Shown: positions 11,035-19,929 of the stretch, piece after piece
How positions within the stretch are numbered: position 1 is the first letter of the stretch
Layout: the number at the start of each line of letters is the position of its first letter
Origin: Roseibacillus sp.
GTDB lineage: Bacteria > Verrucomicrobiota > Verrucomicrobiia > Verrucomicrobiales > Akkermansiaceae
Length of the DNA: 64,000 nucleotides
Direction of reading: 5' to 3'
Assembly: GCA_051251855.1 (NCBI GenBank)
Contig: JBPOGI010000001.1
Location: 704,001 to 768,000 of the forward strand
Program-made: the position numbers and the translations under genes
The notes under the pieces: model-generated
The model's input: only the letters and a program-made list of their open reading frames with translations
Database searches by the model: none
What the model was told of the DNA's origin: nothing

Positions 11035-11856
11035 TTAGCGATAGATGGAATCGTAAGCCTTTAGGATTTCGTCGAGGAATTCGTTTTGGTCCCTTTTCCA
11101 TCCTTCGGCTGAGAAGATTTCGATTTCGCGAAGGCCTGAGAAGCTGTTGTCTTGCACGACCCATTGGTCGATTTCGGCAAGGTTGCAGCAGCCTTCGCCC
11201 ATGATGCCGCGGTCGAGGAGCATGTCAGCGGGTTCGGCTTTGTAGTCGCAGATATGGTAAGAACCTAACCAGCCATTGGATGCGCAACGCTTGAGTTCGG
11301 ATTCGAGTTCGTGGTCCCACCAGACATGATAGACATCGACGGCAACTTTAAGGTTAGGGGCGTTGATTTCAGCGCAGAGGTCGTTGGCTGCCTTGAGGGT
11401 AGGGATGGCGCTGCGATTGCCGCAGTAGCAGGGGTGAAGAGGCTCGATGAGGAGTTCGAGGCCAAGCTGGGCCGCTTCTTCGACGATGGCGGCGATGCCA
11501 TCACGGATTTGGTTGCGATTGGTGACGGGAGATTGGCCGATAGTGGCACCGCAAACGAGGACGACGCTGGGCATACCAAGTTCGGCAGCGTCGCGCAGCC
11601 ATTGGCGATTGGTCTCGAGGTGTTCCTGACGGGTGACTTCCTCGATGGCGGTGAAGAAGCCGCCGCGTACGTAGGAGACCGGGGCGAGACCGGCGTCAGT
11701 GTATTGTTGCCGGACTGTTTTGAGGTTTTGGCCTTCGACGGTCTCGCGCCAGATGGAAATCCCGGCGATGTCTCTCTTGGCAAAGCCTTCGATACATTCG
11801 GAGATAGACCACGGCTTAGTGGTGAAGGTGTGGAGGGCGACGTGAGGATAGCTCAT
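11035..11856 (-). CDS. Sugar phosphate isomerase/epimerase (xylose-isomerase-like TIM barrel)
   Basis: IEPLHP, DVYHVWWD, HICD, DRGIMGEG, EIEIFS metal ligands; start taken at ATG 11856. Confidence 0.88.
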   Translation of the reverse strand: MSYPHVALHTFTTKPWSISECIEGFAKRDIAGISIWRETVEGQNLKTVRQQYTDAGLAPVSYVRGGFFTAIEEVTRQEHLETNRQWLRDAAELGMPSVVLVCGATIGQSPVTNRNQIRDGIAAIVEEAAQLGLELLIEPLHPCYCGNRSAIPTLKAANDLCAEINAPNLKVAVDVYHVWWDHELESELKRCASNGWLGSYHICDYKAEPADMLLDRGIMGEGCCNLAEIDQWVVQDNSFSGLREIEIFSAEGWKRDQNEFLDEILKAYDSIYR

Positions 11857-11866
11857 AGGATTTTTC

Positions 11867-11903
11867 AACGCAGAGTCGCAGAGGTCACGGAGTGGACACA
11901 GAG
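11867..11903. repeat. Degenerate CGCAGAG/CACAGAG tandem repeat arm
   Basis: AACGCAGAGTCGCAGAGGTCACGGAGTGGACACAGAG; same style as 10923-10950. Confidence 0.45.
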
Positions 11904-11967
11904 GACTCTTTGAGTTGAGGTTGAGAGACTTTGGTTTTTGAGTTTTTCGAGCTCGGTAGTGGATTCA

Positions 11968-12903
11968 CTAGTAGCCGAGGCGGGTGGCGCAGTCGGCGAT
12001 GATATCAGGTTCCCAGTCGGGACGAGTGGCGCACTTGGGGTGAGCGTTTGGTGTGGGGATGCGTCCGAGGTGATGCTGAAAGTGGGCACAGGAATGCTTG
12101 TAGGCTGGGACGGGGGCGCGGAAGCCGACATTACCGAGGTATTGCAGGGCGTCAGCGAGCTCGTAGTAGGCTGGATTGTTTGTTTCCCAGTATTGGTCGC
12201 GTTCGGCGAATTTTTCGGGACAGAAGGCGGCGAGGCCGAGGAGATAGTCGGATCCATATTCGATCATATCGATGCCAAGGTCGTTGCCGGTGTAGATCTT
12301 AAAGTCAGGGCGTATTTCGTCGCGAATACGGAGTCGCTCGAGTTCTTCGAGCCGGCTGAGAGAGGAGTGCTTGATACCTTTGAGGGAAGGAATGGAAATA
12401 AGGCCTCGGATCGTTTCCTCGTCGTAAATCATTCCATTGGGAGCGAACATTTTTCCGAGTTCGAAGCCAACGACAGAATCGAAGGGTTGGCACACTTCGG
12501 CGTAGAGGTCAGTGATTTGCTGAGGGCTCCAATCGTGAAAGCGGGTGGTCTGAAAGAGAATGGGAGTGCCGCCATGTTCGGCGATCTGGCGCATTTGTTG
12601 GAGATAGAGTTCGGGGAGGTCGCCTTCGAGTCCTTCCACAAAGACGCCAGCGATGAAACCGTTGGGAAGAGTTTGTTGAGCCCACTGGAGCATAGTGGCA
12701 CGCTCCTCGATGGTGAGGTAGTTGGCGTATCCGGTATCCATGTTGACAGCACATCCGAGACCAGCGGCATCGGTGCGCGCAAGGGCTTCCTTGTAGGCTT
12801 GTTCAGCGATAGAGCCATCGGCTTCGAAGGGCAGGAGAATGGCGGCGTGCCCTTCGATTTTGCGGCCAGGTTGCTTACGAGAGATGAGATCGGGAATGGT
12901 CAT
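11968..12903 (-). CDS. Dihydrodipicolinate synthase-like class I aldolase family protein (DUF993-like)
   Basis: AVNMDTGY, GIKHSSL (Schiff-base Lys), YTGNDL, GSDYLLG. Confidence 0.75.
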   Translation of the reverse strand: MTIPDLISRKQPGRKIEGHAAILLPFEADGSIAEQAYKEALARTDAAGLGCAVNMDTGYANYLTIEERATMLQWAQQTLPNGFIAGVFVEGLEGDLPELYLQQMRQIAEHGGTPILFQTTRFHDWSPQQITDLYAEVCQPFDSVVGFELGKMFAPNGMIYDEETIRGLISIPSLKGIKHSSLSRLEELERLRIRDEIRPDFKIYTGNDLGIDMIEYGSDYLLGLAAFCPEKFAERDQYWETNNPAYYELADALQYLGNVGFRAPVPAYKHSCAHFQHHLGRIPTPNAHPKCATRPDWEPDIIADCATRLGY

Positions 12904-12973
12904 GTTGTGATGAGGATGAGTTCGATGATAGGGTAAAATGGGAACTTAGATTGTAAGGGGGCGACTTTTTCAG

Positions 12974-13001
12974 TTGAATGACACTTGAATTGATGTATAA
13001 T
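12974..13001 (+). promoter_or_regulatory. Sigma70-type promoter of AraC gene
   Basis: TTGAAT (12974-12979), 16 nt, TATAAT (12996-13001), 7 nt before GTG 13009. Confidence 0.65.
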
Positions 13002-13008
13002 CACGACA

Positions 13009-13731
13009 GTGAATGGGCTGTCACAAGAAATACGTGAAGAGATTGGAGTGTTGTCAGCATTTCTTGATGGAGTGGAAGGGCTTCGCCTTGTGCTGAAGGA
13101 TTTAGAGTATCGCTATCAATACGTCAGCGAAGGATGGGAGGAGTCCACCGGCCTTCGGGAAGTTTTAGGAAAGACGGTCTTTGATGTCTTTCCTCTCTGG
13201 CGGGCACAGAAGTATCATCGTGAAGAAGTGGAGGTCATCGAGTCCGAAAAGATTGTCGATACCTTTGAAGAGATCGTGATGGTGGAAGGAGGAAGAGAGC
13301 AACTCTGGCGAAGTCTTAAGGGGCCACGTCGTCGAAATGGAAAGGTTGTTGGGATGGTGATTATTGGCTTGTTAGTCGACCCTAATTTACTGCGAGGAAG
13401 ACTTGTCGATGAGCGGCCAGAAGCTGTTGATTGGCTGGAGAGACATGCAATGGAAGAGATGACTATGTTAGAGGTTTCAGAGAAACTCGGGATGTCCCAG
13501 CGCACTCTCGAACGAGAGTTTCAGCGCAAGACTGGGATGAGTCCGGCGAGTTACCGGTTGAAGTGCCGAGTGGCACGGGGCCGTGATCTACTTCGCTATT
13601 CGAGTAAGTCTCTGGCGGAGATCGCAAGCGAGTGTGGGTTTCATGACCAAAGTCACTTTTCCCGTGTTTTTTCCAGTGAGGAAGGATTGACTCCCGGGCG
13701 ATGGCGTCTTGAGGCGAAGGCGAAAAGCTAA
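13009..13731 (+). CDS. AraC family transcriptional regulator with N-terminal PAS domain
   Basis: LKDLEYRYQYVS...LGKTVFDVFP PAS_4-like; C-terminal IASECGFHDQSHFSRVF AraC signature; divergent from sugar operon. Confidence 0.9.
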   Translation: MNGLSQEIREEIGVLSAFLDGVEGLRLVLKDLEYRYQYVSEGWEESTGLREVLGKTVFDVFPLWRAQKYHREEVEVIESEKIVDTFEEIVMVEGGREQLWRSLKGPRRRNGKVVGMVIIGLLVDPNLLRGRLVDERPEAVDWLERHAMEEMTMLEVSEKLGMSQRTLEREFQRKTGMSPASYRLKCRVARGRDLLRYSSKSLAEIASECGFHDQSHFSRVFSSEEGLTPGRWRLEAKAKS

Positions 13732-13763
13732 AGCACGTCGCGACGTTGGAAAATTTTTGTTTC

Positions 13764-16700
13764 TTAGTCCGCTTCTGAGACCCGAAGTCTTACGAATAAT
13801 CTTCCTTCCTCTTCTTCGCTGGAAGGGAGGGCGACCGGCGTGGTAGATGCGTTCGTCAGACTAGCGAAGGCAGGGTCACTCCAGGTGATAAGGTCGGTGG
13901 AGAGAAGCACTTCATAAAGAACTCCAGTTTGGGCGTTGCTGAAATCATAATCTGCCCCGGTGCCGTTAGGGGTGAGAGTTGGGAGGCCCACGGTGCTTGA
14001 GACCAGAGGGTCCATCCCGAGTGCGAACTCTAGAAGGTTCTCAATACCGTCTCCATCTGGATCGCCGGTGACGGTGACATCGTCACCCGAATTCCAAGCA
14101 ATCCCGCTGCGCCAAGTGTAGTAGGATGAAGGAATGCCTTCGACTGTTATCGAGACCGAGACGTTCGAAGAGGTCCCGCTGCCCGAGAGTTCGGAGGTGT
14201 TGTAAGTGAAAGAGTCAGGCCCTGCGAATCCGGCTTCGGGGACATAGCTGAAGGAGCCGTCAGAAAGTAGGCTGAGTGTGCCATTGGTCGTAGGAGATAC
14301 GAGGTTTGATTCGAGGGAATCGAGGTTGATATCGAAATCGTTGCTGAGCACTCCGTCGGCAGGAATAGAAAGAGTTTGATCCCGAAGAATGGAATAGGTG
14401 TCTTCGTTGGCTATAGGGTCGGCAGCGGCGAGTCCCGGCAGCGGCCAATCGTCGGTTCGGAAGGGAGCCGCAGGAAGGCCATCTCCATTTATGAGATTGA
14501 CGTTATCTCTCGCGTTTGGCTTCCAAGCATATCTAACAGCGACGGGATTTGATTCGGAAGACGAACTCACAATTACGCTAGTCCCGCTGATAGTGGCGCT
14601 GGTAGCGGTATGAAAGGTTTGGTCCGAGCCAGCTAGTTGGAAGCTAGCAGGATTGAGGCTGCCACCGGTGGTTGTCAAACCGACCGCACTTGTGAATGAA
14701 ATGGTGACCTGGTTCCCAACGACACTCATGGAGTCGTAAGTTGGTCCGTGAGCTTCGATGGACTCTCCGAGTGCATACTTTAGAGCTAGTCGAGCAAGGC
14801 GAACTCCGATGGGCTCTTTGTCAGTGGGATGGACGTTATAATTTCCGTTCGCGATCACGATTCCGGTGTCCACAGTGACTGGGTAGTAGGCGTTGCTCAC
14901 CGCATCCAAGCCATCTCCCTGCGCTTCCCGAAACCAATGCCAGTTCGTATTTCCTGATGAATTGGAAGGAAGCTGGACTCCGAGAAAAGGAAGCTCTCCT
15001 TGGTCAAAGCGTTTTCGATATTCCTCGATCATCCTGGGGAAGGTGTGGCGGTAGGTGGCGACATTGATAATGTCTCCAGCATTGGCCTCGCCTTGATACC
15101 AAATGAACCCCGAGATTCCGTAGTTTCTCATTGGGTGAATCATTTTGTTATAAATGATATTTGGTCTTGTCCGCATGAAAATGTCTTCGTTGGTTGTCGA
15201 CCAACCGTTGGTGGTGTAGTTCGTGATGGCGGCAATGTTTGAGGAGAAGCCGGCATTTTCAGCTCGGTCTGCCACTGGGTCGCCACTGCGGTATTCGCCG
15301 ATGCTTTGGTAGAGTTGCATCATTTCCGCGAAGTGAGGTTGTTCGTCGGCAACGCTCAATGGGAGCCAGCCTTCGATTGAACTGCTACCCCAAGCAGCCC
15401 AAATGATGCCGACGGGAACATTGGTGGCATCGTGGAGCTGGCTGGCAAAGACCGAACCAACAGCAGTCCAAGTGGCAGAGGAGCTGTTAGATAACCATGA
15501 GGAACCATGGCTCTCTTCTTCGGTGAGGGACGCGTCTTGGTCAATTTTGAGACAACGAATTTCGTCATTGGAAGCGATTTCGTTGATGTAAGTGGTATTC
15601 CAAGAGCTGTCCATTTGGTTGAGTCGATAGACCATGTTGGATTGGCCGAAGCAGACCCAAACATCGCCAAAGAGGATGTCTGAGACTGTTTTGGAGGCGG
15701 TTCCTTCGAGACTCGTGCTGGTGACGGTGAGAGTATAGGGGCCGCCAGCGGCGAACTGGGGGAGTTGCACTTCCCAGTCTCCTTGCGGATCGGTAGTTCC
15801 GTTGATGGTGTTGCTGTCAATGGTGGCGACGATGGTGCTGCCGGCGTTGGCCGTGCCCCAGAGTTTGACCGGTTTGTCGCGTTGCAGAATCATGCGATCT
15901 TGAAAGGGGGAGGCGAGGTCCAGTTCGGCACCATTGCCGACGGGGGTTCCCTCGATAAAGTAGAGGACTTTTCGGGAAGGAGAGGTGCCGTGGCTAGTGG
16001 TGCTAATCGAGAGACGTCCGCCATTAGTGCCGTCCTCGCGATGCCGAAAGCTGGTGGGGTTGGTTGCGTCGTCCTGTTCGTAAATCAAGAAAAACCCAAA
16101 GTCAGAGTCTTCGTTCACAGTCACAGGAGAAGAGAGCTCGAAGGTGATATAGTCGTTATTAGTGAGAGTGCCGTTCAGAAGATAGGACTCTTGATAAAGA
16201 GGGGTCACTGTCGTTCCCGCATAGTAGTTCGAGCCATTGGTAGCGGTGGTATGGCCCGTTCCTGAATTCCATTGTGCTTCGGTTCCCTCAAAAAGGTGAA
16301 GGGTGAGCTTATCATTAGTGAAGGTTTGGTCGTTACTCTTTCTAATGGTGATGGCGGACACTTCGTAATCCGAGCCGCTTCCGTTGGGGAGGGTGAAGAG
16401 TTGTCCACGGCCGTGGTTGGCGTTGGCGTCTTCGTCAAAAAGAGCGGTGTCGATAGCTCCTACGCTTGAGGAGTCGATGATATTGACTGTTGGAGCTGAG
16501 CTGGAGGTGGAGATTGTCCCGGCAGTTGCCGAGACCGGAACGCCCTGAATAAAGCAATTAATCGCGCGGCTGGAGGTGCCGTGGTCTGTTGTAGTGATTG
16601 AGATGCGTCCACCGCTGTTTGATTCAAGATGGCGAAAGCGATCTGGACTGGTGCCGGTTGCTGGGTCGTAGGTCAGGAAAAATCCAAAATCCGAATTCTC

Positions 16701-17246
16701 GTCAACCGTTAAAGGGCTATCTAGTTCGAGGGTGATGAATTCATTGTCAGGGATCGTTCCATTGACGGTGAAAACCTCTTCATAGAGGGGGGTGACAGTG
16801 GTGTCTTTGTAAAAATCGCTATCGGATGCGACATGGCCACTACCCGAGTTCCAAGCCGCTTCATTGCCTCGAAAGATTCGCAGAGTGAGGGAATCGTTGG
16901 CAAAGGTGGCGGCGATGTTTTTTTGGAAAGTGATGGCCGAGATTTCAAAGCCAACTCCGGTGCCGTCACCTAAAGAAAAAAGCTGACCTCGGGCATGGTT
17001 GGCGTTTCCAGCGATGGGTGATGGGGCTGAACCTAGGAGGGGAAAGAGGGAGGTGTCGGTGCTTCCTAGACCGGTGGAAGACAAAATGTCTGTGGTGGGA
17101 GCTGAACTTGAAAGCGTGATATCAGCAGTTGCGATATTCCCACAAAGCAACGGAATCCAAAGGCCGCGACGCAGTGTTCTACTCACCTGTTTTTTCAAGT
17201 TGGGTTTGAGTAGGGTGAAAAAAGGTTCGGTTGGCTTGAAAAGCAT
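13764..17246 (-). CDS. Secreted multidomain sialate O-acetylesterase (SASA/SGNH)-type protein with two novel N-terminal repeats, Ig-like domain and C-terminal domain
   Basis: GDVWVCFGQSNM, WGSSSIEGW, GFIWYQGEANA, VHPTDK, AVRYAW; GVLSNDFD...DGSFSYVP..GFAGPDSFTY Ig/cadherin-like; start uncertain (ATG 17246 or TTG 17198). Confidence 0.85.
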   Translation of the reverse strand: MLFKPTEPFFTLLKPNLKKQVSRTLRRGLWIPLLCGNIATADITLSSSAPTTDILSSTGLGSTDTSLFPLLGSAPSPIAGNANHARGQLFSLGDGTGVGFEISAITFQKNIAATFANDSLTLRIFRGNEAAWNSGSGHVASDSDFYKDTTVTPLYEEVFTVNGTIPDNEFITLELDSPLTVDENSDFGFFLTYDPATGTSPDRFRHLESNSGGRISITTTDHGTSSRAINCFIQGVPVSATAGTISTSSSAPTVNIIDSSSVGAIDTALFDEDANANHGRGQLFTLPNGSGSDYEVSAITIRKSNDQTFTNDKLTLHLFEGTEAQWNSGTGHTTATNGSNYYAGTTVTPLYQESYLLNGTLTNNDYITFELSSPVTVNEDSDFGFFLIYEQDDATNPTSFRHREDGTNGGRLSISTTSHGTSPSRKVLYFIEGTPVGNGAELDLASPFQDRMILQRDKPVKLWGTANAGSTIVATIDSNTINGTTDPQGDWEVQLPQFAAGGPYTLTVTSTSLEGTASKTVSDILFGDVWVCFGQSNMVYRLNQMDSSWNTTYINEIASNDEIRCLKIDQDASLTEEESHGSSWLSNSSSATWTAVGSVFASQLHDATNVPVGIIWAAWGSSSIEGWLPLSVADEQPHFAEMMQLYQSIGEYRSGDPVADRAENAGFSSNIAAITNYTTNGWSTTNEDIFMRTRPNIIYNKMIHPMRNYGISGFIWYQGEANAGDIINVATYRHTFPRMIEEYRKRFDQGELPFLGVQLPSNSSGNTNWHWFREAQGDGLDAVSNAYYPVTVDTGIVIANGNYNVHPTDKEPIGVRLARLALKYALGESIEAHGPTYDSMSVVGNQVTISFTSAVGLTTTGGSLNPASFQLAGSDQTFHTATSATISGTSVIVSSSSESNPVAVRYAWKPNARDNVNLINGDGLPAAPFRTDDWPLPGLAAADPIANEDTYSILRDQTLSIPADGVLSNDFDINLDSLESNLVSPTTNGTLSLLSDGSFSYVPEAGFAGPDSFTYNTSELSGSGTSSNVSVSITVEGIPSSYYTWRSGIAWNSGDDVTVTGDPDGDGIENLLEFALGMDPLVSSTVGLPTLTPNGTGADYDFSNAQTGVLYEVLLSTDLITWSDPAFASLTNASTTPVALPSSEEEEGRLFVRLRVSEAD

Positions 17247-17360
17247 TGAGTTTATTAGGGTTTGGGGGGGGCTGGGAATTGAATCCAGAGCAACATACCT
17301 CGGGAAATCAACTTTGTCGAAAGCCGAGAGATTTAGGGTTGTTCCGTTTGAATCAATAGC

Positions 17361-17400
17361 AGTCCTTTTGCCCTCGGGGGGGAGGGCAAAGGCCAAGGAC
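17361..17400 (-). terminator. Hairpin between LamG gene and esterase gene
   Basis: TTTGCCCTC-(G run)-GAGGGCAAA 9-bp stem extended by GTCCTT/AAGGAC; no clear U tract. Confidence 0.4.
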
Positions 17401-17434
17401 TGAGGGAGGGACTATCCGGTTTTCGAAGGAAAGC

Positions 17435-19549
17435 CTATTGAGTCTCGAGGCGATAGAACTCGGCGTCACCAACCCCAGGGAAGGTCTGTGAACCTATCCC
17501 CGCAGCATCAGTCGATGCCGAGCCCGCAAAATCGGGAAAGTCATCGGAAAGGTTTGCGGAGGCTTGGATATCAAATGACGAGTTCGCAGGCCCCGTGAAC
17601 TCGATGGTGACCATTGGAGGGGTCCCCTGATCGGTGGAAATAGAGGTGATATCCAGAGGAAGAGGAGCGGCTGTTACTACGATATCAACGGTGGCTGTAT
17701 ACGGACCTCCGGGCCCTGCTACCTCGATGGTATAGGTTGTGTCGACGGTGGGCGAAAAGGTGGCGGTATAGATTCCGCCACTGGCTGCTCCATCCACGGG
17801 ATTAGAGTCAATCGAAACGGCAGTGGCGGTGTCCGAGGTCTTCCATTGCAGCTCTACTGATGTTCCAAGAGGGACTTCAGTGACATCAGAAACGAATCCA
17901 AGAAGCGGATCGCCAGCGGAGAAAAAGGCGGTGGCATGGGCGGCGATTTGTGCGTCGGTGAGCTCTGCTTCGAAGATTGCGGTCTCGTCGATCCATCCGT
18001 TCATAGACTGACTCGTGAGATTCTTGTTTGAACATAGAACCCAGTTGGCGTTGTTTACATCGACACCGTTTGCGATCACGGTCGGTATTCCGTAGAGACT
18101 GCCGTTGATGTAGATACGCATTTCCCCTTCAAGAGTGAAAGCATCATCGTCTGGGTCGGCATCATAGACGGCGTGGACCAAGCAGCTCAGGCCACTCGTG
18201 AGGGCGCTTGAATCGGTGAGGAGAGATGCTCCGCCGTCGATAAAGGTCTGAAATCCGCCATTACCGTGATAGAGAATAGAGCGCCCATTTCCAGTTCCGT
18301 TGGCCATTGCAAGAACGTTTCCGAGAGCCGCGGAATTAAAATTGTCCAGATTAAGAACGGACACAAAGGTAAAGGACGCGGCCATGTCGGAGGTGGCGGG
18401 GACTGAAATTGCGCTTCCGGTTGTTGAATTTGCTGCGTTCTGCATCCCTCCTGGCCCAGCTCCGAGGGTGATGTTTCCGATAATGTCGGTCGCGTGATGA
18501 CCGTTGCCAGAAGCATCTGCCAAAAACGGAGAATCAACAGCCTCTTCGTAGCGGTAGTAGAAAAGGGGAGAGTCCGCGAGAATGGCACTGCTAAATGCAT
18601 TCGAAGGAATGGCAGATGGATCGATTACTAAGACTTCGGCAGAGGCAGACTCATCGGCTTCCCCGGCTTTGGTCAGAGTAACTTGGTAGGTGAAGTCTGC
18701 CGCAGGTGAATCGTTGACAACAACAACGCCATCGTTGGGAGAGGCGTCGGCAGCATCTTCGACTTTCAAATCAACAGTTCCGCTTGGGGTTGTGAGACTG
18801 GCGGTATCAGCAGAGACATCGTAGGTGATGTTCAAGTCGATCGATGAACCCACTTCAATGAGGGTCTCTGAAAGAACCAAGGTCGGATTGATAATGCCGG
18901 TGTCGACTTCGCTCCCGCTGATGTAATAGTTCATTTGGCGAGAACTTGCGGTACTGTAGCCCGTCGTCGTTACCGAGGTGCGACCATCATCGGCGTCGCT
19001 GGGAGATCCCGATTCCCGGTAGAAGAAACTGGTGTTTGTTCCGTCGCCTTGATCAAAGGTGAAAAAGAAACCATAGTCCGTATCTCCTGCGACCACGAGT
19101 GGAGTCGTGAGTTCGAAAGTGACATATTGTCCAGCGGTGGGGGAACCAGTGAGGGTGAAGGTTTCCTCTGCAAGAGGCGTCACGGTCGTTCCTTCATAGT
19201 AGGTCGGTGATGTTTCGGTATGACCGGTGCCTGAGTTAAATTCAGCAGATGTTCCTTCGTAGATGAAGAGGGTCATGCTGTCGTTGTCATAGACTTGAGT
19301 TCCGCTTGCTACGATAGTCACGCTACTGATTTCATAGGTGTCAGCATTAGCAGTGAGGAGAAATCGGTTTCCTCGTCCGTGGTTATCGTTCGCATCAATA
19401 TCGAAGATTCGTGAGCCAGTGGAACCGAATGCGGTGGACTGGGCAATGACATCGAGGGGGTCGGGTGCGGCCGCGTTGATTGTGATATCAGCGGATGAGC
19501 AAACGACCGAGGCAGCAAGCAGGGCTGCAGCAAATTTTGGTTCTTTCAT
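17435..19549 (-). CDS. Secreted LamG-like jellyroll domain protein with novel N-terminal domain
   Basis: Signal peptide; AILADSPLFYYRYEE...DASGNG, HAVYD, RIYING, GWIDETAIFEAELTDAQIAAH; ends AEFYRLETQ. Confidence 0.8.
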   Translation of the reverse strand: MKEPKFAAALLAASVVCSSADITINAAAPDPLDVIAQSTAFGSTGSRIFDIDANDNHGRGNRFLLTANADTYEISSVTIVASGTQVYDNDSMTLFIYEGTSAEFNSGTGHTETSPTYYEGTTVTPLAEETFTLTGSPTAGQYVTFELTTPLVVAGDTDYGFFFTFDQGDGTNTSFFYRESGSPSDADDGRTSVTTTGYSTASSRQMNYYISGSEVDTGIINPTLVLSETLIEVGSSIDLNITYDVSADTASLTTPSGTVDLKVEDAADASPNDGVVVVNDSPAADFTYQVTLTKAGEADESASAEVLVIDPSAIPSNAFSSAILADSPLFYYRYEEAVDSPFLADASGNGHHATDIIGNITLGAGPGGMQNAANSTTGSAISVPATSDMAASFTFVSVLNLDNFNSAALGNVLAMANGTGNGRSILYHGNGGFQTFIDGGASLLTDSSALTSGLSCLVHAVYDADPDDDAFTLEGEMRIYINGSLYGIPTVIANGVDVNNANWVLCSNKNLTSQSMNGWIDETAIFEAELTDAQIAAHATAFFSAGDPLLGFVSDVTEVPLGTSVELQWKTSDTATAVSIDSNPVDGAASGGIYTATFSPTVDTTYTIEVAGPGGPYTATVDIVVTAAPLPLDITSISTDQGTPPMVTIEFTGPANSSFDIQASANLSDDFPDFAGSASTDAAGIGSQTFPGVGDAEFYRLETQ

Positions 19550-19865
19550 GGAATGGATCTAGTAGTGTTTGAACAGGGGGCCTCAGGATAGCTGGTGTGA
19601 GGCGAGTCGTCTTGTGACGGGGACTTTGGGCGGGACGTTTCGAATTATGAAAAGCTAAGAAGAGTGCTTTTATTCGTGGGCTACAAAAAGGTTCAAATGT
19701 TGGAGGGAAGGGGGATTCGTGACCATTTCCCCCCTTCTCTTGATTTTAGAAAGAGCGTCTAAGGCGGTTGGAGATTGAGTAGTCTTCTGGACCGACTCAG
19801 GGCGTCTTTTAATTTTTTCGTAAAAGGACCGTCTATGTCTAACAATAGACTTCGGCGGACCTTGG

Positions 19866-19907
19866 CTTCGAGGAGATGCGGACCGAGCGGCCGCATCTCT
19901 TGAAGCA
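19866..19907 (-). terminator. Stem-loop downstream of PEP-CTERM gene
   Basis: Minus strand GCTTCAAGAGATGCGG-loop-CCGCATCTCCTCGAAGC, ~20 nt after stop. Confidence 0.5.
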
Positions 19908-19929
19908 AGAGTTTAAAAAAACAGAAGTT

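Noticed and set aside
11938..12936. Long antisense ORFs (e.g. 11938-12936 +, 43133-44047 +, 56816-57778 +, 59896-60660 +)
   Set aside because: Shadow frames opposite genes with clear motifs; expected from GC content and codon bias; no recognisable domains.
13736..13747. Perfect palindrome ACGTCGCGACGT between convergent genes
   Set aside because: Too short, with no proper loop; not distinguishable from chance or a weak terminator.
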